The notes below the pieces were generated by a model that searched no databases, was not told the origin of the DNA, and saw only the letters and a program-made list of their open reading frames with translations. Positions 1 through 12,485 of a stretch of 64,000 bases of DNA are shown one piece after another (the stretch's first letter is position 1; each line of letters opens with the position of its first letter). Source of the stretch: Syntrophorhabdaceae bacterium (GTDB lineage: Bacteria; Desulfobacterota; Syntrophorhabdia; Syntrophorhabdales; Syntrophorhabdaceae). Position numbers and translations under genes: made by a program. The stretch spans positions 256,001 through 320,000 of the forward strand of contig CAXXUO010000003.1 in the NCBI GenBank assembly GCA_963666485.2, given 5' to 3'.

Positions 1-44
1 ATGTTGAATGTTATGTACAAAAAAGACGATGGGAGACGGTTCAC

Positions 45-1565
45 ATGAAGCGCAGCATCATCCTGGCATTATGGATTCTTTTCCTGGCACATCCCGTTCT
101 TGCGGACAAGGGACCGATAATCTGGCAGGAAGGCGTAACCCTGACGCAACAGTCTCAGAAGGCAATAATAGCCCATAACGGATCAGGGCAGGTGCTGATA
201 CTTGGGACCGAGATGCGCGGGAACCGGGATGCGGATATTCTCGAATTCATACCTTTTCCCTCGGAGCCTGCCGTCGCAAAAGCCACCGGCGACCCTTTCG
301 CTGCGGCAGCACGGCTTATCACCCAAAAAGGCCTCGTATTTTTCAGAAGCGGGGATCACGTGGTGAAGGGAGGTCAAGGGAGTGAGGCAGCCACAGTCCC
401 CGTCGAGATTCTCATGTCGAAGAAGATCGGTCTTCATGACGTAACGGTGATCAAAATAAATGATGTCGGGGAATTCAGGGCCTGGTGTGAAGGATTTTTC
501 AGGCAAAAGGGCATCAGTGCGGACAATGAAAGGCTGTCTGCCGTATACGACAATGCCAGCGATTATACGCGCAGGGGATATACGTATTTTGTGTTCGACC
601 AGGTAAAGGTTTCCCATGAGATCCGTTTCATCGAGCCGCTCGTCTACAGATTTAAATCCGCGGCCATATATTACCCCCTGAAAACATCGAACCTTTTCGG
701 GGGCAGGGGAGATGTCGAGCTCATATTGCTCCTTCCCGGCTCTGTCATGAACGATGCATGGCAGAACATACGGGGGATCTTCGACATGTCCCGGGGGCCT
801 GCGATCGAGCTGAGCTCATCGTCGAAAGTGTATCGCAGCGAGTTGCGCCCGTTCGATCTCTCTTCTTTTTTCGGCCCCGGGTCGAAGATCTACATGCAGG
901 TACTGAAATACAGGGGCGTGTATAGCTTCAAAGATGATCTGTCGTATAGTATCAGCAAGCTCAGGCCGTACGCATACCGCTTTGAATCAACGCGATGGCA
1001 CGGTCAAAATAAAGAATTCACGCCCGATTTCACGCGGGAAGAGGTCCGCGATCTCAGGGAATTCTTCTGTCCGAAGAGTAGTGATCCCAATTACATGTTC
1101 GAGATGCTCGATTATTCGATCAACTGCTGGAGCTTCATTCCTAACGATGATTACGAGGTATATGCGGCAATCTTCAGAGATCCGCCGTCAGGCATCCCGC
1201 GGCGTGACGTTATACTGGGCAGAACAACGATAAAGAATACTCTCAAGGGATCGAAGCTGGCGCTTGATAAGACGCTCGTCAAGGATTTCAATGAAAAGAA
1301 CGTTGCCAGCCTGCCGCTCGAGAACGCGTTTCCCGATGATGAGAGCCTTGCCATTACATTTGAGGACGACAAATCCGGGAGAGTCCTTCCCGGCTCGGGC
1401 AAAACATACGTTTCACGCGTCGGTTTCGATCAGAAAAGAACAACGGCGCTTGTCTACGTGGATCACGCGTCGGGCCCGAGGTCGGGCGCAGAATATTACA
1501 TAACCCTGCGAAAAACTGACGGGAAATGGACGGTCGAGAAAGCGGTGATGGTGGGTGCACACTAA
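45..1565 (+). CDS. Secreted hypothetical protein, DUF2330-like N-terminal region plus an unknown C-terminal domain
   Basis: 506-aa ORF with signal peptide (MKRSIILALWILFLAHPVLA); QKAIIAH/FIPFPSEP/PLVYRF/YYPL motifs resemble DUF2330. Confidence 0.55.
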   Translation: MKRSIILALWILFLAHPVLADKGPIIWQEGVTLTQQSQKAIIAHNGSGQVLILGTEMRGNRDADILEFIPFPSEPAVAKATGDPFAAAARLITQKGLVFFRSGDHVVKGGQGSEAATVPVEILMSKKIGLHDVTVIKINDVGEFRAWCEGFFRQKGISADNERLSAVYDNASDYTRRGYTYFVFDQVKVSHEIRFIEPLVYRFKSAAIYYPLKTSNLFGGRGDVELILLLPGSVMNDAWQNIRGIFDMSRGPAIELSSSSKVYRSELRPFDLSSFFGPGSKIYMQVLKYRGVYSFKDDLSYSISKLRPYAYRFESTRWHGQNKEFTPDFTREEVRDLREFFCPKSSDPNYMFEMLDYSINCWSFIPNDDYEVYAAIFRDPPSGIPRRDVILGRTTIKNTLKGSKLALDKTLVKDFNEKNVASLPLENAFPDDESLAITFEDDKSGRVLPGSGKTYVSRVGFDQKRTTALVYVDHASGPRSGAEYYITLRKTDGKWTVEKAVMVGAH

Positions 1566-1570
1566 AAGAT

Positions 1571-1626
1571 GGTTCAAGGTTCAAGGTTCAAGGTTCAAGG
1601 TTCAAGGTTCAAGGTTCAAGGTTCAA
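1571..1626 (+). repeat. Tandem heptamer (GGTTCAA)x8
   Basis: Eight perfect copies starting 6 nt after the upstream stop codon. Confidence 0.97.
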
Positions 1627-1641
1627 AAGCAAACAACAACG

Positions 1642-1750
1642 GTCACCCCGGCGCTTGACACCGGGACCCAACCCTCCATCCGTCACCCCCGTGCTTGATG
1701 CCTCGATCCAACCCTCCATCCGTCATCCCGGTGCTTGACACCGGGATCCA
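1642..1750 (+). repeat. Three tandem 40-bp units carrying a CGTC-type REP-like palindrome
   Basis: Units start at 1642, 1682 and 1722; best copy CGTCATCCCGGTGCTTGACACCGGGATCCA with a CCCGGTG/CACCGGG stem. Confidence 0.85.
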
Positions 1751-1783
1751 AGCAACTGTGTTCGATGTCAACTGATTTCTTCT

Positions 1784-5088
<3,305 letters not shown>

Positions 5089-5200
5089 TCTTGGGTTCCT
5101 TCAGTATCCTTATAACACTTTTACCGCCATATCCAAAGTATTGTTGCCGTATGGATTGCTATTTATGGAGCAAGTTCCTATAATACGTTTTACGGTGGCG

Positions 5201-6913
5201 ATGGATTACAGTATCAAGATAGGCGGAGAGGCGGGGCAGGGCATCCAGACGATCGGCGATGTCCTCGGACGGGTGTTCGCGCGGTCGGGCTACCATGTTT
5301 TTACGGACCAGGATTACGAGTCCAGGATACGCGGAGGCCATAATTTTTACCGGATACGCCTGTCCGATGTACCCATCCGGGCGCCGAAGAAAGCGCTCGA
5401 TATCCTTATTGCCTTCGACGGCGCCTCGATCACGCTTCATCAGCCTGAGATGTGCGAAGAGGGCACGATCATATACGATTCCGCTCTCCTGAAGCAGTCA
5501 TACGATGGGCCGCAGTTCCTCGACATCCCTTTTCTCAAGCTCGCTACCGATACGGGAGCCCCCAGGATCGTTGCAAACACGGTAGCGACAGGTGCGGTCC
5601 TCGGAATGCTCGGTCTTTCCCTTAAACCCCTGTTCGATATCATGGATATTATTCTGAAGAAAAAGGATGATCGAACGCGAGAGCAGAACAGGCTCGCCGC
5701 TGTAGCGGGGCACGATTTTGCGGTTGCCAACTGCAGGCGGTGTTCATTCGCATTGAATCCCGGAGGCTCTCCCAAAATGCTGCTGCCCGGCAACGAGGCG
5801 GTCGGCCTGGGGGCCCTTGCAGGAGGCTGCCGGTTCTACAGTGCCTACCCGATGACGCCGTCGACGGGCATCATGACCTATGTCGGGTCAAAAGCGAAGG
5901 AATACGGCGTCGTTGTGGAGCAGGCAGAGGACGAGATCGCCGCTGTCAACATGGCCCTCGGGGCATCTTATGCGGGTGTCCGGTCGATGACCGGGACATC
6001 GGGAGGCGGGTTCGCCCTTATGGTGGAAGGGGTTTCCCTTGCAGCCATGACGGAGACGCCCGTTGTCATTGCGCTTGCCCAGCGGCCCGGACCTGCGACG
6101 GGACTGCCTACCCGCACCGAACAGGCGGACCTTTTCTTCGCCCTGTACGCCGGGCACGGTGAGTTTCCCCGCATTATCTTCGCACCCGGAGATCCCGAAC
6201 AGGCCATCAGGTTGACGGCGAAGGCATTTGACCTGACACAGAAATACCAGGTCACCTCCATCATTATGACGGACCAGTACCTGGGTGACACGCAGTGGAC
6301 TTTCGACAGCATTTCCCTCGACGACCTGCCCGTGCGCGACTACAGGGCAGACAGGACCAGCGTTGACGCCCTCGATGAGTACAAGCGGCACGCCTTGACG
6401 GAAACAGGCATATCGCCGTTTGCCATACCGGGGAGAACGCGGCATGTCGTCGTGACCGACAGCGACGAGCATACCGAAGGGGGTCATCTCGTCGAAGATG
6501 CCGGGATACGCAGGGAGATGGTTGAAAAAAGGCTCTTCCGGAAGATCGAGGACATCAGGAAAGAGATCTCGCCCCCCTCGTATTTCGGTCCCGAGGGCCC
6601 GGTGATCGTTCTCGTTTCGTGGGGATCGACATATGGCGTCGTCCGCGAAGTAATGGAAGAAATGGCCGGCAAGGGCGTCGGGATGCTTCATTTCAGCGAG
6701 ATCTACCCATTTCCCGGGACGGAGAAATTCGATTATACGGGCCTTCTCATGAGGGCCGCCCAGAGGATATGCATAGAGAACAACGCGACATCGCAATTCG
6801 CCCGGCTTCTCACGGCCAGCACAGGGTGTACGGTAACAGGGAATATTACGCGGTACGATGGAAGGCCGTGGGTTGTAGAGGAATTGCGGGAGGAGATACG
6901 TGGCAGGATCTGA
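5201..6913 (+). CDS. 2-oxoacid:ferredoxin oxidoreductase alpha subunit (gamma-alpha fusion)
   Basis: IGGEAGQG, YESRIRGG, YPMTPST, EDEIAA, QRPGPATGLPT; start set at MDYSIKIG. Confidence 0.93.
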   Translation: MDYSIKIGGEAGQGIQTIGDVLGRVFARSGYHVFTDQDYESRIRGGHNFYRIRLSDVPIRAPKKALDILIAFDGASITLHQPEMCEEGTIIYDSALLKQSYDGPQFLDIPFLKLATDTGAPRIVANTVATGAVLGMLGLSLKPLFDIMDIILKKKDDRTREQNRLAAVAGHDFAVANCRRCSFALNPGGSPKMLLPGNEAVGLGALAGGCRFYSAYPMTPSTGIMTYVGSKAKEYGVVVEQAEDEIAAVNMALGASYAGVRSMTGTSGGGFALMVEGVSLAAMTETPVVIALAQRPGPATGLPTRTEQADLFFALYAGHGEFPRIIFAPGDPEQAIRLTAKAFDLTQKYQVTSIIMTDQYLGDTQWTFDSISLDDLPVRDYRADRTSVDALDEYKRHALTETGISPFAIPGRTRHVVVTDSDEHTEGGHLVEDAGIRREMVEKRLFRKIEDIRKEISPPSYFGPEGPVIVLVSWGSTYGVVREVMEEMAGKGVGMLHFSEIYPFPGTEKFDYTGLLMRAAQRICIENNATSQFARLLTASTGCTVTGNITRYDGRPWVVEELREEIRGRI

Positions 6914-7763
6914 CAAATACCAGGGCGAAATTCCTGCCTGGTGCCCCGGGTGCGGTAATTTCCCGATATTGAGTGCATTTAAACAGGCGCTCTCTGAAGA
7001 GAATATCGAGCCCAATGAATTCTGCATCGTGTCAGGCATAGGGCAGGCCGGGAAATTTCCCCATTATGTCCGGTGCAACACGTTCAACGGGCTTCACGGG
7101 CGCTCGCTTCCCGTAGCAACCGGGATCAAGCTTGCCAACCATACGATGCTGGTGATGGCTTTCGGCGGTGACGGGGACATGTACGGCGAGGGAGGCAACC
7201 ACCTCGTCCACGCGATACGCCGGAATATAGGGGTGAAGGTCTTTGTCCACGACAACCAGATCTATGGCCTGACGAAAGGCCAGGCGTCGCCGACAAGCAT
7301 GGAGGGGATGGTCACAAAGAACCAGCCCTTCGGGGTGCTTTCCGAACAGTTCAACCCCATGGCAATGGCGGTGGCCCTCGATTGCGGGTTTGTCGCGCGC
7401 GGGTATGCGGGTGACGGGAAGCACCTGACGGCGCTCATAAGAGAGGCCATACGATATCCGGGTCTTTCTCTCGTCGATATGCTTCAGCCATGCGTTTCCT
7501 TCAATAAGATCAATACGTATGAATGGTACGGGAAACGGGTGTACCATGTCGGGGACGATCATGATCCCCGCGACAGGGTGAAGGCGTTCGCGCTGGCGCT
7601 CGAATGGGGAGACAGGATACCCATCGGCGTCATCTACCGCAACGACCGCCCCGCTTTTGAAAGCCGGGTCCCCGTCCTAAGCGGCGGACCGCTTGTCGAT
7701 GACAGGACCGACCCTGATGCGCTCAGAAAGAAATTGGCTGAAACTTTGCGCGAATTCTATTAA
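6900..7763 (+). CDS. 2-oxoacid:ferredoxin oxidoreductase beta subunit
   Basis: WCPGCG, GDGD TPP motif, [18 protein letters not shown]. Confidence 0.94.
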   Translation: MAGSDKYQGEIPAWCPGCGNFPILSAFKQALSEENIEPNEFCIVSGIGQAGKFPHYVRCNTFNGLHGRSLPVATGIKLANHTMLVMAFGGDGDMYGEGGNHLVHAIRRNIGVKVFVHDNQIYGLTKGQASPTSMEGMVTKNQPFGVLSEQFNPMAMAVALDCGFVARGYAGDGKHLTALIREAIRYPGLSLVDMLQPCVSFNKINTYEWYGKRVYHVGDDHDPRDRVKAFALALEWGDRIPIGVIYRNDRPAFESRVPVLSGGPLVDDRTDPDALRKKLAETLREFY

Positions 7764-7801
7764 AATACATTTCCAGTTCAAAACAAATCAAGGAGGATGC
7801 G

Positions 7802-8491
7802 ATGAATCTCAAGGCCATTCAGAAGATCTGTTACGGGGTTTATATTATCAGCTCGAAAAAGGATGACAAGATAAATGGGCAAATAGCAAATACAGCCTTT
7901 CAGATCACATCGGATCCGCCGACGCTGGCGATCAGCATCAATAAACAGAACCTGACCCACCAGTTCATAGAAACAAGCAAGGTATTCACCGTATCGATCC
8001 TGTCGAAGTTTGCCCCCATGACGCTTATTGGCAAATTCGGGTTCAAATCCGGAAGGGATATCGATAAATTTGCTGACACGAAGTATAAAACGGGTGCGAC
8101 AGGCGCACCGATCGTTCTCGACAACACCGTTGGTCACCTGGAATGCGAAGTCCTCAGTATGACAGATGTCGGGACGCATACCATTTTTATCGGTAAGGTT
8201 GTCGATTGCGACGTGCTCAGTGACAATGAACCCATGACATATGCGTATTATCACCAGGTCAAAGGCGGCAAGGAACCAAAGACCGCACCGACATATATCA
8301 AGGAAGAATCCGCAAAAGAGGCCCCCGAGGATTCGGGCAAGTACGTCTGCAATGTGTGCGGATATGTGTATGACCCGGCTGCCGGGGATCCCGACCATGA
8401 CATCAAACCGGGTACACGCTTCGAGGACCTGCCTGATTCATGGGTCTGCCCGATATGCGGTGCACCGAAAAGTGAATTTTCCAAGGAATAA
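7802..8491 (+). CDS. Flavin reductase-rubredoxin fusion (high-molecular-weight rubredoxin type)
   Basis: Flavin reductase domain (GTHTIFIG) plus rubredoxin CNVCGYVY...WVCPICG. Confidence 0.9.
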   Translation: MNLKAIQKICYGVYIISSKKDDKINGQIANTAFQITSDPPTLAISINKQNLTHQFIETSKVFTVSILSKFAPMTLIGKFGFKSGRDIDKFADTKYKTGATGAPIVLDNTVGHLECEVLSMTDVGTHTIFIGKVVDCDVLSDNEPMTYAYYHQVKGGKEPKTAPTYIKEESAKEAPEDSGKYVCNVCGYVYDPAAGDPDHDIKPGTRFEDLPDSWVCPICGAPKSEFSKE

Positions 8492-8505
8492 CAGCGAGGG
8501 TAACG

Positions 8506-9393
8506 ATGTCGAATATAATACGGGAAACTAATTTTGACGCACTTGGCGCCCCTCGCAAAGGTAAAGTGAGGGACATTTACGATTTCGACGGCACATTACT
8601 GATCGTTGCCACGGACAGGCTGTCCGCGTTCGATGTTGTCCTTCCGACCGGCATAGAGGACAAAGGGAAGGTCCTTACCAAGCTTTCCCTTTTCTGGTTT
8701 GATAAGGTCAAGGACATTATCCCGAACCATATCATTGAAACCGACGCCGATAAATACCCTGACCTGTTGAAACAGTACTCCGGGTCCTTAAAGGACAGGA
8801 GCATGCTCGTGAAAAAGGCGAAGGTCCTGCCCGTGGAATGTGTCGTGCGCGGCTACCTCGCAGGGTCCGGCTGGGCTGAGTACCAGAAGTCCGGCACCGT
8901 GTGCGGAATCAAACTGCCCGGGGGCCTGAAGGAATCGTCTAAACTCGAGGCACCGATCTTTACGCCTTCAACAAAGGCGGAAGAAGGCCATGACCTGAAC
9001 ATTTCCTACGAGGAAGCGGTCAAGGTAATTGGCGAGGATTACGCGCGCAAACTTCGGGATTCCAGCATCGCGATCTACGAGAGGGCGCGCGATATCGCGG
9101 AAAAAAGAGGGATCATCGTTGCCGACACAAAGTTCGAGTTCGGTCTTATCGACGGCAGCGTCGTCCTGATCGACGAGGTGCTCACCCCCGATTCATCACG
9201 CTTCTGGTCTATTAAGGATTACGCTCCGGGCAAATCTCAGGACAGCTACGACAAGCAGATAGTGCGCGATTACCTGAATACCCTCGATTGGGGCAAGACA
9301 TACCCCGGCCCCGAGTTGCCTCCCGAGATCGCGAAAAAGACGTCGGAGAGGTACAAAGAGATCTATACGATATTGACGGGTGAACGGATTTAG
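8506..9393 (+). CDS. purC: SAICAR synthase
   Basis: GKVRDIY, DRLSAFD, ECVVRGY, ADTKFEFG, DEVLTPDSSRFW. Confidence 0.97.
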   Translation: MSNIIRETNFDALGAPRKGKVRDIYDFDGTLLIVATDRLSAFDVVLPTGIEDKGKVLTKLSLFWFDKVKDIIPNHIIETDADKYPDLLKQYSGSLKDRSMLVKKAKVLPVECVVRGYLAGSGWAEYQKSGTVCGIKLPGGLKESSKLEAPIFTPSTKAEEGHDLNISYEEAVKVIGEDYARKLRDSSIAIYERARDIAEKRGIIVADTKFEFGLIDGSVVLIDEVLTPDSSRFWSIKDYAPGKSQDSYDKQIVRDYLNTLDWGKTYPGPELPPEIAKKTSERYKEIYTILTGERI

Positions 9394-9511
9394 TTCAAAG
9401 TTCAAAGTTCAAGGTTCAAGGAAAAAAATGCCGCCCGGCTTTGAAGCCGGCGGCATTTTATTTTGAAGGGATTTTTTTCAGCCTTGAACTTTGAACATTG
9501 AACCTTGAACC
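9393..9511. repeat. Inverted GTTCAAR heptamer arrays flanking a terminator
   Basis: Four copies at 9393-9421 and four inverted copies at 9482-9511. Confidence 0.9.
9425..9464. terminator. Bidirectional intrinsic terminator between convergent purC and pdxA
   Basis: AAAATGCCGCCCGGCTT-TG-AAGCCGGCGGCATTTT hairpin with A and T tails. Confidence 0.75.
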
Positions 9512-9512
9512 G

Positions 9513-10442
9513 TCACTTAGTCATCGCGCATGCTGTCCTGTACGCTTCGATGAAGCTGGTCGGGTCCGCAATGCCGCGGCCGGCGATATCGAACCCTGTT
9601 CCATGGCCGGGCGATGTTCTGACAAAGGGCAGGCCCAGGGTAATGTTCACGGTCCTTTCGAAATCCACTGTTTTTACAGGTATGAGCCCCTGGTCATGGT
9701 ACATGGCAACGTAAGCATCACAATCAACACGGTGAAAGAGTGAATCTGCAGGGAAGGGGCCTGAGGCATTGATCCCGATTCCCCGTGCACGTTCGATTGC
9801 CCGTTGAATGATCTCTTCCTCATTTCCCATGATCCCCTGTTCGCCCGCGTGGGGGTTCAGCCCGCAGACCTTTATCGAAGGGTTTTTCAAGGACAGGCGC
9901 TGCTCGAGGGAACGGGAGGTGATCTGTATACAGTCAAAAACGGACCGCTCGGTGATCATCGCAGGGACGGTTTTAAGGGGAACGTGTATCGTCACGAGGC
10001 TTACGCGCATCACAGGGTTGGCAAGCATCATAACGTAGCTGCCGACACCGCCGAAATGAGCGAGGAGTTCAGTATGCCCTGGAAAGGGGACTCGGGCCAT
10101 GTTGAGCGACGCCTTGCTTATGGGACATGTCACTATCGCCCGGACCTGTCCGGCGAAAACGAGTTTCAGGGCCTCGAGGATGTATTCAAAGGAGGCGCGC
10201 CCGCAACGGGCGTCGGACGAGCCGGGCGAGATGATGTCCATGCGTTTGAGGTCCAGGAATTCGATGTCGCCCTGATTGCCGTGACCGGGATGCCGGAACG
10301 GATAACGGGGAAGAGAGGGCACGGACGTATACGCAGTTTCGAGCGCCTTTGCGTCCCCGATAATGAGCGGTATGGTTTCTCCCGTGATCTGCAGGAGTGA
10401 CTTGAGTATTATCTCGGGACCTATCCCGGCCGGATCGCCCAT
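9513..10442 (-). CDS. pdxA: 4-hydroxythreonine-4-phosphate dehydrogenase (true start probably up to 9 codons upstream)
   Basis: MGDPAGIGPE, GHTE, GLNPHAGE, MYHDQGL, RTSPGHGT. Confidence 0.95.
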   Translation of the reverse strand: MGDPAGIGPEIILKSLLQITGETIPLIIGDAKALETAYTSVPSLPRYPFRHPGHGNQGDIEFLDLKRMDIISPGSSDARCGRASFEYILEALKLVFAGQVRAIVTCPISKASLNMARVPFPGHTELLAHFGGVGSYVMMLANPVMRVSLVTIHVPLKTVPAMITERSVFDCIQITSRSLEQRLSLKNPSIKVCGLNPHAGEQGIMGNEEEIIQRAIERARGIGINASGPFPADSLFHRVDCDAYVAMYHDQGLIPVKTVDFERTVNITLGLPFVRTSPGHGTGFDIAGRGIADPTSFIEAYRTACAMTK

Positions 10443-10465
10443 CGTGACAGCGATCCGGGTGATCC

Positions 10466-11401
10466 CTATATTTTTACCTCGATATACGATGATCTTTTGA
10501 CCTTATCTATGTAATCCTGGTATCTTTTACTCGACTGCTCCATCATCATGCGTTCCGCAATTAATTTCTTGACCTCTTCATACGGCACAACGCCGGCTGT
10601 TTTGACCTCGATGAGCTTCAATATATGCAGACCGTACGGCGTCGGGACAACAATGGAAAAAGCACCCGGCTGAAGGCCGTTGAGGGCTTCCCTTAAGGTC
10701 GGCAGAAGGTCGCTTCTCTTGACGAACCCAATGTCGCCTCCCATGGGCGCCGAGGGGTCATCGGAGAATTTACGGGCAACATCTGCGAATGACGCGCCGT
10801 CAATCAACTGTTTATACGCTTTTTCGGCGCGTTCACGGATGTCTTTGTGCTGGCCGGATATAAATATCTGCTGGATATGGAACTCTTCTTCCTTGAAGTA
10901 ATCCTGATGACTGTCATAATAGCTCTTCAGGCTATTCTCCGAAAGATTGACCTCCGTGGACACGACCCGCATGAGAAGCCGGCTCTTGAGCATGTTGAGC
11001 TTTATGCCTTCCCTGAACTGTTCATATGTGACGTTGTCTTTCTTGAGTTGCTCCCTCAGTTCCGCATCGGTGATGAGGTTCTGTTTCTGGATGCTTTGAA
11101 TATAATTGGAAACGTCCTGTTCCGTAACAACGATCCCCATCTTTTTTGCCTGCTGCTTTATCAGTGTCCCCTCGATAAAGGAGTCCAGTTTTTCTTTCAT
11201 CTGGAGGTTCCTGAAGTATTCATCGATGGACGTGAATTTCGTTGCGCGCTTCTCGACTTTTACAAAGGCTTCGAAGTCTTTTAATGTCACGATGTCGTCG
11301 TTGATAATGGCGATGACCCTGTCGACAACCTCGGCATGGGCGATGCCCCATGCCAGGACGATAAATAGTGATGTTACGATAATTTTAGTTACGCGTTTCA
11401 T
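10466..11401 (-). CDS. surA: SurA-like periplasmic chaperone/PPIase
   Basis: Signal peptide, VVDRVIAIIND SurA N-domain, parvulin domain; adjacent to pdxA. Confidence 0.8.
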   Translation of the reverse strand: MKRVTKIIVTSLFIVLAWGIAHAEVVDRVIAIINDDIVTLKDFEAFVKVEKRATKFTSIDEYFRNLQMKEKLDSFIEGTLIKQQAKKMGIVVTEQDVSNYIQSIQKQNLITDAELREQLKKDNVTYEQFREGIKLNMLKSRLLMRVVSTEVNLSENSLKSYYDSHQDYFKEEEFHIQQIFISGQHKDIRERAEKAYKQLIDGASFADVARKFSDDPSAPMGGDIGFVKRSDLLPTLREALNGLQPGAFSIVVPTPYGLHILKLIEVKTAGVVPYEEVKKLIAERMMMEQSSKRYQDYIDKVKRSSYIEVKI

Positions 11402-12372
11402 TTGCTTTTCGGTACCGTGTCCTTTTTAGGTGTTTCAGTGCTTCCAGCCGGTTTGACAGGTGTATCTTTCGACTCCGGTTTGGTGTCCTTAGCTTCCGGT
11501 TTTGCGTCCTTGCCCTCAGGCTTCACAGGTGCCTGTTCTTTTAACAATGCTTCGTTGATCGTAATTTTCGAGCCTTTTTTCAGGTCATCGATATATTTAT
11601 CAAGAACTTCTTTTTGCTTTTCCTGGATCAGCTGCTGTTTTATAAATTCCTTCACTTCCGCAAAAGGGACATATTGCGGGGGCTTGATGCCCTCGAGCCG
11701 TATGATATGGTACCCGAACTGGGTCTTTGTTATCGGACTCACCTGACCTACTTTTGTCAGCTTAAATGCTGCGGCCTCGTATTCCGGCAGAAGTGTGCCC
11801 TTCGGGTGGAACCCCACCTCGCCGCCGGTGACCTTCGCATTCGGGTCGATGGAGTATCTCTTCGCCAGTTCACTGAAATCTTCCCCGGCCGCGAGCTTTT
11901 CCTTCACCTGTTTTGCCTCTTCTTCCGATTTCAGGAGAATATGGCGTGTATTGATCTCCCGTTCTTTCCGGAATTTTTCCTTGTTCGCATCGTAGTATTT
12001 CTGGAGATTTTCGTCGGTCATATTCAAACTCGACGACAATTTTTTCTTCAGGAGTGATTCAATTATGAGCTGCTCTTTGATGTCTGCAAGCCTGTTCTGG
12101 AAGTCCTTGTCCTGCTCGATGTTTGCCTTTTCGGCTTCTTTCATGAGGAGCTTCTTGATGATGAGCCGGTCGAGAAAACTCTTTTTGCCGCTTTCGGTCG
12201 CAACCACCATCTTCATGTTCATCGGGATCTTGTCGAGTTCCTTGTTGAAGTCGCTCATGGTGATCTTGTCGTCATTGATGGTGACAAGCACCTTGCTGTC
12301 GTCCTCCTTTTTGCAGCCGAAAAGCCCGGCGATCAGTAGCAGGCAGATCGTGCAGATCAAAGCATTTTTCAT
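11398..12372 (-). CDS. PpiC-type peptidyl-prolyl isomerase lipoprotein
   Basis: Lipobox LFGC, RHILL, FSELAKRYS, TQFGYHII. Confidence 0.88.
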   Translation of the reverse strand: MKNALICTICLLLIAGLFGCKKEDDSKVLVTINDDKITMSDFNKELDKIPMNMKMVVATESGKKSFLDRLIIKKLLMKEAEKANIEQDKDFQNRLADIKEQLIIESLLKKKLSSSLNMTDENLQKYYDANKEKFRKEREINTRHILLKSEEEAKQVKEKLAAGEDFSELAKRYSIDPNAKVTGGEVGFHPKGTLLPEYEAAAFKLTKVGQVSPITKTQFGYHIIRLEGIKPPQYVPFAEVKEFIKQQLIQEKQKEVLDKYIDDLKKGSKITINEALLKEQAPVKPEGKDAKPEAKDTKPESKDTPVKPAGSTETPKKDTVPKSK

Positions 12373-12485
12373 GTAACACCTCTTAAGCAATCCGGATTTT
12401 ATATCAACCTATCTCAGAATGTATTCCCGGCATATATGCCTGTGTGCTCAAGTAAATATGGATAGTCGATAAACGTTTTCTTATA

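Noticed and set aside
1526..1738. Small ORF with SRFKVQG repeats
   Set aside because: Only a translation of the heptamer and REP repeats
1642..1750. Possible mini CRISPR array
   Set aside because: Linkers are identical and short, the units are REP palindromes, and there are no cas genes
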